DNA of 64,000 nucleotides from Candidatus Bathyarchaeota archaeon (GCA_963833125.1 CAWHWX010000019.1:128001-192000), one strand, 5' to 3'; shown: positions 1-10,891, numbered from the stretch's first letter. Numbers and translations: made by a program. The notes: generated by a model from the sequence alone, not told the origin.

Positions 1-1303
1 AACATAAGGTCAAGTCGGTGAGAGCTGTTGGGACTAGCGCTCTAAGGGAAGCTAGGAACCGAGAGTACTGCATAGGGCAAATTTCCAAGGCCACGGAGAT
101 AATGGTAGACGTAATCAGCCCAGAAGAAGAAGCTCGCCTAGTCTACGTAGCTGTATCAAGAACTCTTAGGCTTGAAGGAAAAGTTGCGCTCCTCGTTGAT
201 GTTGGCGGCGGCAGCGTGGAGATTAGCCTCGCAACGGAACGTGAGATAATTGCCACTGAGAGCTTCGGAATCGGTACCGTAAGGCTGCTACAAATGCTCG
301 ACCATCGGAAAAGAGGAGACAGGGTTTTCCGGCAACTCGCCCGTGAATACATCAACGTTTCCGGAACCCGGCTTAGAAAGGAAATCGGTGAACACGCAAT
401 AGACCTCTGCATTGCGACGGGAGGCAATGTTGAATCACTCGGAGACTTCGAGTTCAATTGTGTGACGCCAACAATGACACGTCTATCTCACTGGATGAGC
501 TCGACTCTATTCTCAAACAACTCCAATCAAGGTCGTACGAAGAAAGGGTCAAAGATTTCGGGCTTCGACCGGACAGAGCTGACGTCATTATCCCCGCCAT
601 AATTGTGCTCCAAATTGTGGCGAAGGAGGCGAGGATTCAAGAAATCGAAATTCCTCGGGTTGGAGTCAGAGAAGGACTACTCATTGACATGGCACGGGGT
701 TTGGGCCGCGGTTCGGGTCCACCCGACCGAACTCAACTCATCACTTCAGCGAGGCTTCTGGGAAGAAAATATGATTATGAGGCCGAACACGCACAAACTG
801 TTGCAAGATTTGCAGTCGCTCTATTTGACGCGACCAAGAAACTCCACAAACTTGATACAACCGAACGAACTTTGCTTGAAGTGGCCGCACTCCTTCACGA
901 CATTGGATATTACATTGGGACATACAATCACCACAAGAACTCCTGGTATCTGATCAACGCGTCGCCCCTGATCGGCGTGGATGACTCCGATAAGAGCGTC
1001 ATTGCCCTTGTAACTCGTTACCACAGTCGTTCTTTCCCTAAGTCGAGTCACAAGGAGTTCATGGATATCTCGCCGAAACGACGGAGGACTGTGGTAAAAT
1101 TGGCCAGTATTCTTCGATTAGCTGAAGCGCTTGACCGCGAACACTCCGGGCGAGTTGAAAGCGTGAAAGTTACTGTGAGAAAGAAGAAGTTAATCTTGCT
1201 CCTTAAAGGCAAGGGTAACCTCTTACTTGAGAGGTGGGCGCTAAATTCCGGGTCGAGGTTGTTCGAGAAAACCTACAAGAAGAAGATAGTGATCGCGCCA
1301 TGA
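1..1303 (+). CDS. ppx: Exopolyphosphatase Ppx/GppA with C-terminal HD domain (5'-truncated by window; frameshift near 445-460)
   Basis: Motifs TSALREA, EEARL, DVGGGSVE, GGN, GLRPDRADVI, GVREG and ALLHDIG across ORFs 18..602 and 458..1303. Confidence 0.93.
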
Positions 1304-1965
1304 GTTCGTCAGAACAGAAGCCGCTACCCGGGAAGCTGATCGCCGTAGAAGGAATTGATGGTTCGGGAAAATCCACTCAAATCTATCTGCTCCGCAGATG
1401 GCTTGAGTTAGAACGGTACAAGGTAATTTTCACGGAATGGAATTCATCTTCTCTGGTGAAAAAGGCAACACGGAAGGGAAAAAAGAAACGCCTATTGACG
1501 CCAACGACATTTTCTCTGATCCATTGCACCGACTTCGCCGATAGATATGAGAGACAAATTCTTCCGTTACTGCGAGCCGGCTACCTAGTACTTGCCGACC
1601 GCTACGTATACACAGCTTTCGTTCGTGATATGGTTCGGGGATGCGACCCGGAATGGGTGAGGAATCTCTACAGTTTCGCACGACACCCAGACGTCACATT
1701 CTTCTTTGACGTCCCATTAGAGACGGCACTCTCACGGATTCTAGAAGGCCGTCCGGAGTTGAAGTATCATGAGGCCGGCATGGACCTCGATCTCTCCCCC
1801 GATCCCTATGAAAGCTTCCGAAGATTCCAAGGTATGCTGAACAACGAATACCACAACATCGCCCCCAAGTACAACTTCATAGTAATAGATGCAAGCCGCC
1901 CCCCCGACGACCAGCAACAATCAGTCCGATTTCGTCAACCAGCGAATAGATCTATCAAAACATAA
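1300..1965 (+). CDS. Thymidylate-kinase-like protein, domain/subunit 1 (candidate family-3 polyphosphate kinase)
   Basis: P-loop EGIDGSGKST, TEWNSS, TDFADR, LADRY; ATG overlaps the ppx stop; context is ppx/CHAD/SixA. Confidence 0.8.
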   Translation: MSSSEQKPLPGKLIAVEGIDGSGKSTQIYLLRRWLELERYKVIFTEWNSSSLVKKATRKGKKKRLLTPTTFSLIHCTDFADRYERQILPLLRAGYLVLADRYVYTAFVRDMVRGCDPEWVRNLYSFARHPDVTFFFDVPLETALSRILEGRPELKYHEAGMDLDLSPDPYESFRRFQGMLNNEYHNIAPKYNFIVIDASRPPDDQQQSVRFRQPANRSIKT

Positions 1966-2878
1966 GGCGAAGGGACCACTGCCGTTTCCACCTGGACTCC
2001 TCGCGGCTCGCTTCCCGGAGCAGAAATTTAAGAGTGCTCTGGGAGAGGCGCCACAAGGGAAACCGCTGCAAACCGTGGATCCCGCTAATGATGTGCTGAC
2101 ATTAGCGGATGCTGGAGACGTGACATTTCCGTTCCAGATTAATGGCTCTGAAAAGCATTTCTTTGGCAAAGGCCTTCCTAAGGTCAACCTCGCACAACTC
2201 AAGGGAAAACTGCTCGTCGTCGAAGGGTCAGATGGATCAGGAAGATCTACACAAATCGACCTATTGCACAAGCACCTAGAAGTCCTCGGCTATCCGACAA
2301 TAGACGTCGGTCTAAAACGGTCACGTCTGTATCCGGAATTGCAGGAAGCTCTTCTGGGGAATACGCTAAGCCCTGTCACAATGACCCTCTTTTACGCGAC
2401 CGACTTTGCAGATCAGCTCGAGAACAACATCCTTCCCGCCCTGAGGGCTGGTTTCGTAGTGCTTGCCGACCGTTACATCTACACGCTCATGGCCCGTGAA
2501 GTCGTCCGGGGGATGAGTAGGGAATGGGTGCAGAAAATGTACAGTATTGCCTTGGTTCCCGATGCCGTGTTCTACCTCGCTGTCAGCCCTCGCATTCTCG
2601 CAGAACGCAACCTCATGAAGAGCGGATTGCTCGACTTCTGGGAATCGGGAATGGACATTCGCCGTTCGGGGGACATGTACCAATGCTTCGTCGATTATCA
2701 ACGAAAAATGCGCGCAGAATTCCAACGCATGGCTTTGGATTACAAATTCGAAACCATTAACGGAAACAGATCCCCCCTTGCTATACATCGAGAATTGAGA
2801 TCCAAGGTCGAAAAAGTTCTATCGAGATTACCACCAATTGAGACTCATCACGATAAGGAGCCTGCACCCAGCAATTGA
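1889..2878 (+). CDS. Thymidylate-kinase-like protein, domain/subunit 2 with variant P-loop (probably continuous with domain 1 across a frameshift near 1930)
   Basis: EGSDGSGRST (K->R), TDFADQLE, LADRY; paralogous to the upstream ORF. Confidence 0.78.
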   Translation: MQAAPPTTSNNQSDFVNQRIDLSKHKAKGPLPFPPGLLAARFPEQKFKSALGEAPQGKPLQTVDPANDVLTLADAGDVTFPFQINGSEKHFFGKGLPKVNLAQLKGKLLVVEGSDGSGRSTQIDLLHKHLEVLGYPTIDVGLKRSRLYPELQEALLGNTLSPVTMTLFYATDFADQLENNILPALRAGFVVLADRYIYTLMAREVVRGMSREWVQKMYSIALVPDAVFYLAVSPRILAERNLMKSGLLDFWESGMDIRRSGDMYQCFVDYQRKMRAEFQRMALDYKFETINGNRSPLAIHRELRSKVEKVLSRLPPIETHHDKEPAPSN

Positions 2879-4568
2879 GAAAAAGAAAAAGTTCGGTAAG
2901 AAAGAAACAGGTCCCGCAAACGCGCAGAGCCCCGGCGCGGCGCAGATTGAGCCGTTCAAGAACAATATTGCAAGATAAACGGCTGGCGATAGGTAAATCG
3001 AGGAGAAAGCAAACCAAACCCGAACACGTTCCACAAAAGCCCTCCAAAAAACCAAAACCGAAACCAAACCAAGACCGAGACCAAAAACAACACAGAAACC
3101 GAAGCCGGCAGTGAAATCTGTAAGGTCTGTCGCTCTCAAGAAAGTCCCCAAACGTAGAGTAGCTGTGAAGGCGGCCCTTCGACGAACATCCGGCGGGAGG
3201 GACGTCCTGAATTTCATTATTCTAGCCCTAGACAAGCGATGGAACGATTACCTAACAAGTTTGAAGCGCTATCAGCAGCTAGCTTCGGTTAAGAATGTCC
3301 ACGATCTCCGCGTTAGCATTAGACGCCTCACTACAACCATAGATTTGATCGATAGATTCAATCCGGATAACGTAGTCCGGCAGGCTCACGTCAAACTCAA
3401 GGACCAACTCCAAGAGCTAAGTGTTCTTCGAGACGTTCACATCGAAATGGTAAGGATGCGAGGTTTTCTGAAAGAACTACCCGAGACGAAGGAGTTCTAC
3501 GACGAGCTACGTGACAAGGAAACCAAGTATCTAAAGTCCGCCAATAAGATCCCCTGGAAATCGGATAGAAGATTTATTGAAAACGCCGTCAACAGAGCTA
3601 GGATTAGGCTAAACGCCCGGCGCGCCACTACTACGTCAGAGAATTCTCGCAGAATAGTCGACGCCGCGTTAGACGTTTCTTTTGATAACTTGAGCAAGAA
3701 ACTTGAAGATGTTACGCCCGCGGATTATGCCTCGATTCATCGAGTGCGGCTTGCCTTCAAGCCGCTGCGGTATACAATTGAGATGCTGCAGCCAGTGGTG
3801 GGACTGGATAGTCGGCAGCTTAGAACCGCCACGCTTCTCGCACGACTAATGGGACAGATTCAGGATCTCGAGGTTCTCATGAAAGATCTAGTTGAGTTCA
3901 GATGGAAGAAAGGAAATGTACCTGGTGCGGTAGTAGAGATATGGTTGGACCTTGAACGACGGAAAATGGAAGCAACCCAACGCTTTCTTAGGTCTATTCC
4001 GAAATTCGGTAACATCTGGAAGCCAGTTATTCATGAACAAACAGGCGTAGCATCCTCAGCTTCCAAGACGTTATTCATTCTTCGGCACGGGATAGCTGTT
4101 ACTCGTGGCGATGCAGCTTACCCTTTAGATTCCGATCGACCTCTAACGATGAAAGGTGTGAAGAGGCTTCGTCGGATCGCCAAGGGCTTGCGTCACTTGA
4201 ATGTTCAGTTTGACTTGATCCTGACGAGTCCGTATAGGCGAGCTTTGGAGACAGCGTTCGTCGTTGGGCGCGAGTACGGGGTGGGACAGATAATTCAAAC
4301 TTCCCAGGCGCTTAGACCCGATGTACTTCCGGAGGAAGCCATCAGAGCCGTGCAAGAGAAGTACTCGCCATGCCGGCGCTTGCTCTTGGTGGGACACGAA
4401 CCTCAGTTGAGTGCGTTGATTTCCACCTTGACAACGGGAAGCGCAAGCGCGAGACCGGTGCTTAAGAAAGGAAGCGTTTGCAAGCTTCAAGTAGAAAAAT
4501 TACTAATGGGCAAGTGCGCAACACTGATCTGGCTGCTTACCCCAAGGCAACTGATCAACATCGCCTAA
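2875..4568 (+). CDS. CHAD domain + SixA-type phosphohistidine phosphatase fusion, with probable K/R/P-rich N-terminal extension (frameshift near 3045)
   Basis: CHAD motifs VHDLRVSIRR, LRDVH, IHRVRLAFKPLRY, MGQIQDL; SixA motifs LRHG, TSPYRRALET, VGHEP. Core ORF 3111..4568, basic ORF 2875..3114. Confidence 0.85.
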
Positions 4569-4674
4569 AATTCAACTCTCCCACAAATGAATGAGCGAAA
4601 CGTCTGTTGACTCACGGAGAACAAATTTTTAGTCTTCAGGCGCATTTTGTTACCGACGAGAGTTGGGGATCAAG

Positions 4675-5517
4675 TCAGATAGGTACTGTAGGTTTCAACC
4701 TCAAGCCGGTCCGAACTATTATGTTCAGCCCCAAGACTATCATCAGTAGTATGAAGGCTGCCCCCCAAGCGAAGGCGTGCGAGTTGGGATACGGGGAAGT
4801 TCCAAAGTCAAAAATAAGCACGGTCATGGTGGCTGTAGGATCGAAAACAGTGTTCATCATGAATTGGCCGCCGAGAGCCGTGAAGAGTAGGGGAGCGGTT
4901 TCCCCCACGGATCGAGCAACAGCCAGGCAATGCCCGTAATGATTCCGCTCTTAGCGGTCGACACAAGGATGTAGAGGAGAGTCTTTGACACTCCTCCGAG
5001 GGCCAAGCCACCTTCCCTGATATAAGAGGGCACAAGTCTCAGGGATTCGTGTGTCGATATCGCCACAATAGGCATCATCATGAAACTCAGCGCGATCCCG
5101 CCGGCGACGGCTGAAAATCTGTGTAAGGTGGCCACAACCAAAACATACACGACAATGCCCGTCACGATGGACGGAACCCCTGTGAGAACCTCCGCGATCA
5201 GTCTAACGTAGTTTGCGACTCTACCGGGGTATTCGGATAGATAAGCCCCCGGCTAAGAGTCCTATGGGTACACCGATTATGGACGCTATTCCGACCACCA
5301 CTAAGTTACCCTCTAACGCATTCAATATGCCTCCGCCGCTTCCGCCGATTGGAGGGGTGATGTGCGTGAAAAAGTCTGGATTCAGCACGCTATATCCTAG
5401 GGTGGCGGTTTCGTAGAGGATTGAAGCTAATGGGATTATGGGAATTAGGAAGGCAAGTGTGGCTGAAACCGTAAACAGTCTATTGCTGAACCGTCGTCCA
5501 CTCAGGGATCTAAACAT
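4675..5517 (-). CDS. pstA: Phosphate ABC transporter permease PstA (split by about 2 frameshifts)
   Basis: GGILNAL, LTGVPSIVTG, GETAPLLFT, AWGAAFIL in three fragments. Confidence 0.92.
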
Positions 5518-6483
5518 CCGTTGACCCCCGGGGATGGAAACTTAGTCTCGAAATTAGTACTCGACCTGCCAGGTTCATCAGAAAAGCGATCGCAAGAGAA
5601 TCAGACCGAGCTCGAATAGAGCGGCGAGGTAAATGTTGTTTCCTGCGACTTCTGTGAACTCATTAGCGATCACGCTTGGGATAGTTTCTGCAGGAAGGAA
5701 AAGTGAAGGGGTGATTCGTGCGACGTTCCCGATGACCATTATGACGGCCATGGTCTCTCCGATGGCCCTGCCCATCGCTAGAACGATGGCCGCGATTATG
5801 CCTGTGCTGGCATACGGAACGACTGCCATTCGGATTGTCTCTAACCGTGTTCCACCCAATGCGATGCAAGCCTCTCGCTGACTACGCGGGACCACCACAA
5901 CAACTTCCCGCATAACTGCGGACGCATACGGGGTGATCATGATCGCCAAAATGAGACCGGCGGTGAGCATTCCGAGTCCGTTTGTTTCACCCGCGAAGAT
6001 TGGAATGAATCCGAGTGAGCCTATAAGTCCGGGATCTATGTAATCTCTCATGAAGGGGACGAGAAAGAATAATCCCCAGAGTCCATAGACTACGCTAGGT
6101 ACGGCAGCAAGTAATTCAACTAGAAAGATCGAGGGCAGTCGCAATTTCCTAGGAGCCAACTCTGATTGAAATAGGGCAACACCCAAGCTTATTGGAACCG
6201 CAAATAATAGCGCAATTAACGTTGTCACTATGGATCCGTACATTGCGGGGAGTGCTCCCAAGATTGGAGGTCCACCGTTGGGCGGATTCGGAATCCATAG
6301 GGTACCTGTCAAAAAGCTGAGCCCTAGGGCTTGAATAGAGTCCAAGCTTCCAGTGTAAAGCGAATACACGGTAAGAGCCGCGATGATTGGAATCGCAACC
6401 GCTGCAATAATTAAGACGAAGTGCAAAAAATCATGGTGCCGTGTCCTTTGACGAACACGGTTTTTCTCGAGTTGCTTTTGCAT
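5510..6483 (-). CDS. pstC: Phosphate ABC transporter permease PstC (C-terminal frameshift)
   Basis: ELLAAVPSVVYGLWG, GRAIGETMAV. Confidence 0.95.
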
Positions 6484-6499
6484 TGTGCGCCGCTAGCTT

Positions 6500-7781
6500 C
6501 TATCCGGTCAGGAGGACTGTACCTTGGTAGTTGAGCGTCATCAGTAGTTGTTCGTCAGCTGCAACAACGTTTGCTGGGAGTGGTACGTAATCCAATGGCA
6601 TTGAATACTGCTGTCCATCATGGATTGCCCACCAAAGGAAGTGTACTAGGGCTTGTGCCTTAGCGAGAGTTGTGCTAGGGTTTGCAGACAAGTCTCTGTA
6701 GACGAGGATGTAGGTGTAGGTTGAGATCGGATAGGATTGTGCTCCGGCGGCTTCTACTAGGTGTATTCTAAGATCGTTAGGGTTAGGGGCCTTGCGTTCT
6801 GAGCGGCGTAAAGGATCGTTTGTAGAGTTGGTACGATGAAATTGCCTGCTGGGTTCTTGACCGCGCCTACCCCGAGGTTATTTTGGACTGCGTAGATAAG
6901 ATCAACATAGCCTAATGCTCCGTTGGTGTTCGCCACCGTACCTGCAACTCCGGAATTACCCTTTGAGCCAACGCCATAAGCCCCAAGCTTCGTGTCAACA
7001 GGCCAGGTCACCGAGGTACTGTATCCCACTTGTGCTGCCCAGTTTGGGACGGCAACTGACAAGAAGTTCGTGAAGGCATATGTCGTTCCGCTGCCGTCTG
7101 ATCTGTGTACGGCGGTGATGAAGCCGTTCGGTAAGGCGACACCAGGATTAAGCGCCACTAGAGCTGGATCATTCCATTTGACTATGTTTCCCATGTAGAT
7201 GTTAGCTATGACCTCTGGTGTGAAGTTCAGTGTGACATTATTGCTTACGCCCCATGCTTGCAAATTGTAAGTAATGGCCACCCCACCGAGTGTCTCAGGG
7301 AAAAGAGTGAGACCTGGCGGGCCGCCAACTGTTGGTTGTTTAGTGGAGCGTCGGAGGCACCAAAGTCGACTGTCTTTGCTGATATCTGTTGGATTCCGCC
7401 GCCGCTACCAATGGGATTGTAGCTTATGGTAACTGCAGGGTATAGCTGGTTGTAAGTGACCGTCCATTTCTGAAGTAATGGGGCGGGAAACGTGGCCCCC
7501 GCTCCAAGAAGCGAGACGGGCGTCGTTGGTTGGTATCCTGCTACAGAAGATGTTGCTGACACCATGGAGGTTTCGGTCATGGTCGCTGAAGTCATCACCG
7601 ATGACGCTGACGACATCATCGACGATTCAGAAGACATAACTGATGCTGTTGACATGCTTTGAGCTGTGCTACTGTTCATTGTCGTGAAGTAGTATCCTCC
7701 TGCAACTGCCGCCAATATGACGACAACAAGAGCAACTATTCCGACATTACGCTTGTTATTCTTGCTCGACATGCGAATCAT
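6500..7781 (-). CDS. pstS: Phosphate-binding protein PstS with N-terminal TM anchor and Ser/Thr/Met-rich linker (2 frameshifts)
   Basis: GAGATFP, GSGGGI, DFGASDAPL, HRSDGSGTT, YPISTYTY. Confidence 0.95.
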
Positions 7782-7826
7782 CGCGAGCGCACGTAGCCTC
7801 CCATTCTTATTTAGCCAAAACGCATT

Positions 7827-7854
7827 GTGAACATGCGTACATATGTGTGTTCAC
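7827..7854. promoter_or_regulatory. Imperfect palindrome in the divergent pstS/pstB intergenic region (candidate operator)
   Basis: GTGAACA-N14-TGTTCAC with partly symmetric spacer. Confidence 0.45.
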
Positions 7855-7929
7855 CATCATCTATATGATTCATATAACTCGCATTCAATTACTCAATGAT
7901 CACAGTAACCGAATGGTCGGTAGCGAAGC

Positions 7930-8758
7930 ATGACTTCAGAACTCTTAACGGAGTTGCGCAGTACTCCAGAAACCGACAAGAGAGCTCTAGATTTGTCCAC
8001 CCTAAAGGAAAAAATGCAGGTAACCAGCCTAAGCGCAGGATTCGGTCGAAAAAAAGTTTTGGATGACATATCAATCTCGTTTAAGGAAAATACCGTTACC
8101 GCTATAATCGGCCCTTCAGGATGCGGGAAGTCCACATTCATCCGTTGCCTCAACAGAATGCATGAGGTCAACCCAGATGCATGGACTACCGGTCACATAA
8201 TACTCGACGGCGAAGACATTCTTGCCCCCTCGATGGATCCTGTAGTCGTCCGTCGAAGGATAGGGATGGTATTCCAAAAACCGAACCCATTCCCGACAAT
8301 GTCAATTTACGATAACGTCGGCAGGCCTTCGGTTGAATGGCGTTCACGATCGCAAGGTTATCGCTGAAAAGGTTGAAGAGAATCTTAGGAAATCTTTCCT
8401 TTGGGACGAGATCGGCGACAGGATAAAGGAATCGGGGACCAGCATTTCAGGTGGACAACAACAGCGGTTGTGCATCGCACGCACCTTAGCCGTGGAACCT
8501 GAAGTAATTCTCATGGACGAGCCGTGCTCAGCACTCGATCCCATAGCAACCGCAAAGATCGAAGAACTCATAACCAAACTGAAGTCCACCTACACCGTAA
8601 TCGTCGTAACGCACAACATGCAACAGGCAGCTCGCATCTCCGACCTAACCGGATTCCTATACCTTGGCAGGCTCATCGAGTATGGGCCGACGACAGAAAT
8701 ATTCCAGAACCCACACAATGAGCTCACAGAGCGCTACATTAGCGGAAAATTCGGGTGA
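7930..8758 (+). CDS. pstB: Phosphate ABC transporter ATPase PstB (frameshift near 8320)
   Basis: [41 protein letters not shown]. Confidence 0.96.
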
Positions 8759-8764
8759 AGCTCG

Positions 8765-9391
8765 ATGCCGCGGCTCATGGACATGGGAGAAGAAAGGCTC
8801 TCCAGCGCAATCGTGGACATGTCAAACCTGGCCCAAGACTCAGTAGTGAAAGCCATCGAGGCCTATGAGAAAGGGCAGAAAGCAACTGACCTCGCGCGCA
8901 AGAGAGCAGCTCAACTAGCGCAGTTAAGCGCGGAGGTTGAGGAACTTGGCGTCGACCTCTTGGCACGTTATCAACCCGTAGCAACTGATCTACGTTTCAT
9001 CAAATCTTGTCTTGAAATTGCATATGGTTTTTCTCGATTCGGCAGATACGCCTTCGACATCGCACTGGTTTTAGAGACGTATGGCGACTTATCGCTTTGT
9101 GACAAATCGGTCGTTCACGAGTTAAGCGAGAAAGTTAACGGCATGATCGAAAGAAGCATCCAATCTTTCAAGACTCGCGACACGGAACTCGCTCGGTCAT
9201 TACGAAAGGACGACGATGAGGTTGACAAAGTGTACTACAAGTACACCGCCGCGATGGCCACCGATAAGTCCGTCACGGTTCGATGCGCCCTCGCATCTAC
9301 TTTGGTGTTAAGATATTTGGAAAGAATTGCTGATCATGCCTGTTACATCGGAGATTCCGTTGTCTACATTGTAACTGGATCGAAGGCCTGA
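8765..9391 (+). CDS. phoU: Phosphate uptake regulator PhoU
   Basis: QPVATDLR, DDEVD, YLERIADHA. Confidence 0.92.
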   Translation: MPRLMDMGEERLSSAIVDMSNLAQDSVVKAIEAYEKGQKATDLARKRAAQLAQLSAEVEELGVDLLARYQPVATDLRFIKSCLEIAYGFSRFGRYAFDIALVLETYGDLSLCDKSVVHELSEKVNGMIERSIQSFKTRDTELARSLRKDDDEVDKVYYKYTAAMATDKSVTVRCALASTLVLRYLERIADHACYIGDSVVYIVTGSKA

Positions 9392-9393
9392 CC

Positions 9394-10511
9394 ATGAAAG
9401 GGGATACGCAGAATCCGAAGAAGGAGACAGACGAAGAGCAATCTGCGCCTGAGGATCGGTATGTTCGCCGTGTACAGGTCACTGGCCCGGATCCTACATA
9501 GTATCGTTGCCTAAGCCTTGGGTTCAGGAGGCGGGCCTGAGAAAGGGAGGTAGAGTTGAATTTAGTAAGCAGGAAAATTGGGGACTCACTCTTACGCCGT
9601 TCGGGAGCACTAAGTACGATGACGAACGCACCCGATGTATCTTGTCACTTAATTCCAATATCGACCCCGATGCTTTAACCCGAATGATAATCTCGCTTTA
9701 TGTTGCTGGATATTCGACGATTGAGATCAGATCAAAGTCAGGAAATCTCTCTTCTAAGATTCGAGACACGATTCGTGATGTTGCGAGGGGTAAGCTTGTG
9801 GGCACGGAGTTGGTTACTGAATCTGCCCAGAGCGCAACCCTGCAGGTGCTCTTAAGCTACCCTCAATTGCTCGTACCGGACGCTCTGAGAAGAATGCTGT
9901 CAATTCTAAACGCAATGCAACAGGATTCCATGCAAGCCCTCTCCAGATTGGATAAAGATTTGGCAAATCAGGTTGTCAAGATTGACGATGAGATCGACAG
10001 GTTCAGCCTGTACGTGATTAGGCAACTAAAGTGGGCCGTAAAACACCCCACCCTACTTTCGAGAATCGGTTTAGCCTCGCCCGTGGAATGCCTTGGGTAT
10101 AGGATCATCAGCAAGAGCGTTGAGCGTTCTGCAGATCATGCTGCAAGGATCGGAGTGAACGTCCTTCTTCTGCAGCAGGCGCCTGGAGCATCCTTATTCA
10201 AGGACGCCAACGCGCTGAGCCAGCAATCGTCAAGAATGATGGAGACCTCGCTTCGAGCTTTGTTCGCCAGCGATTACAAACTTGCGGAGAGCGTGCTTTT
10301 TGAAGGTGCGAAGGTTACTGATCTCGAGTCGAGGCTAGTTGAGAGATTACTGAAGGAGAAGCTTCCAGCGGGCGACCTCTCCGCGATGCGCTTGATTTCA
10401 GAAAGCCTAAGACGAATCGGAGAATACGCAACCGACGTTGCGGAAGTCGTCCTCAATTCAACTATTCAAAAAATGTTGGACCAATCCGACGGTATCGAGG
10501 CCGAGCCATAG
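9394..10511 (+). CDS. Archaeal AbrB-PhoU family phosphate regulator (frameshift near 9490)
   Basis: RRVQVTG..SYIVSLPKPW (AbrB), YVAGY, DDEIDR, ERSADHA, RRIGEY. Confidence 0.88.
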
Positions 10512-10526
10512 AGTGCGCAGTTGGCG

Positions 10527-10715
10527 CTAATCGGAAACCGAGACGACGTGGATTCTAGGTCGAAAGACAGCCCTTGCGGTGATATTGACCGCATAGCCCC
10601 CATGCAGGCCACAAAACTCTTCGCAGGATTCGGCGACCTCAACATCCGTATACCCAAAGCCGCAAAGTTCACACACGTAGATCATTCCATATCTGCTCTG
10701 TCTTCGTTCAACCAA
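10527..10715 (-). CDS. Small zinc-finger protein
   Basis: YVCELCGFGY...AESCEEFC; upstream GGTGA Shine-Dalgarno. Confidence 0.7.
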   Translation of the reverse strand: MVERRQSRYGMIYVCELCGFGYTDVEVAESCEEFCGLHGGYAVNITARAVFRPRIHVVSVSD

Positions 10716-10732
10716 TATCTTTCACCAGGCTG

Positions 10733-10891
10733 TCATACCGCGGCTAGCGGGACGAGATCCTCCCTCATGTAGAATCCCTTGAAACCGCAATTGTCGCACT
10801 TCGCCCCTATGGGTGAATCGCCGTCGTCATAGTATAGGTTGAGGCTTAGGAGTCCACACTTCGGGCACTCGGAGCCGATCTCTTTCTCCAT
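10733..10891 (-). CDS. 52-aa zinc-ribbon protein (below the ORF-track length cutoff)
   Basis: Translated by hand: MEKEIGSECPKCGLLSLNLYYDDGDSPIGAKCDNCGFKGFYMREDLVPLAAV; CPxCG and CxxCG. Confidence 0.72.
   Translation of the reverse strand: MEKEIGSECPKCGLLSLNLYYDDGDSPIGAKCDNCGFKGFYMREDLVPLAAV

Noticed and set aside
1300-2878. Plain duplicated dTMP kinase (tmk)
   Set aside because: The TEWNSS and GSGRST variants and the ppx/CHAD/SixA context fit the polyP-associated subfamily better, so no gene symbol was given.
1-4600. Chimeric bacterial contig end
   Set aside because: The genes are of types common in bacteria, but they are functionally coherent with the adjacent archaeal pst/phoU locus and show the same error pattern. 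Spanning reads at 4570-4680 would settle it.
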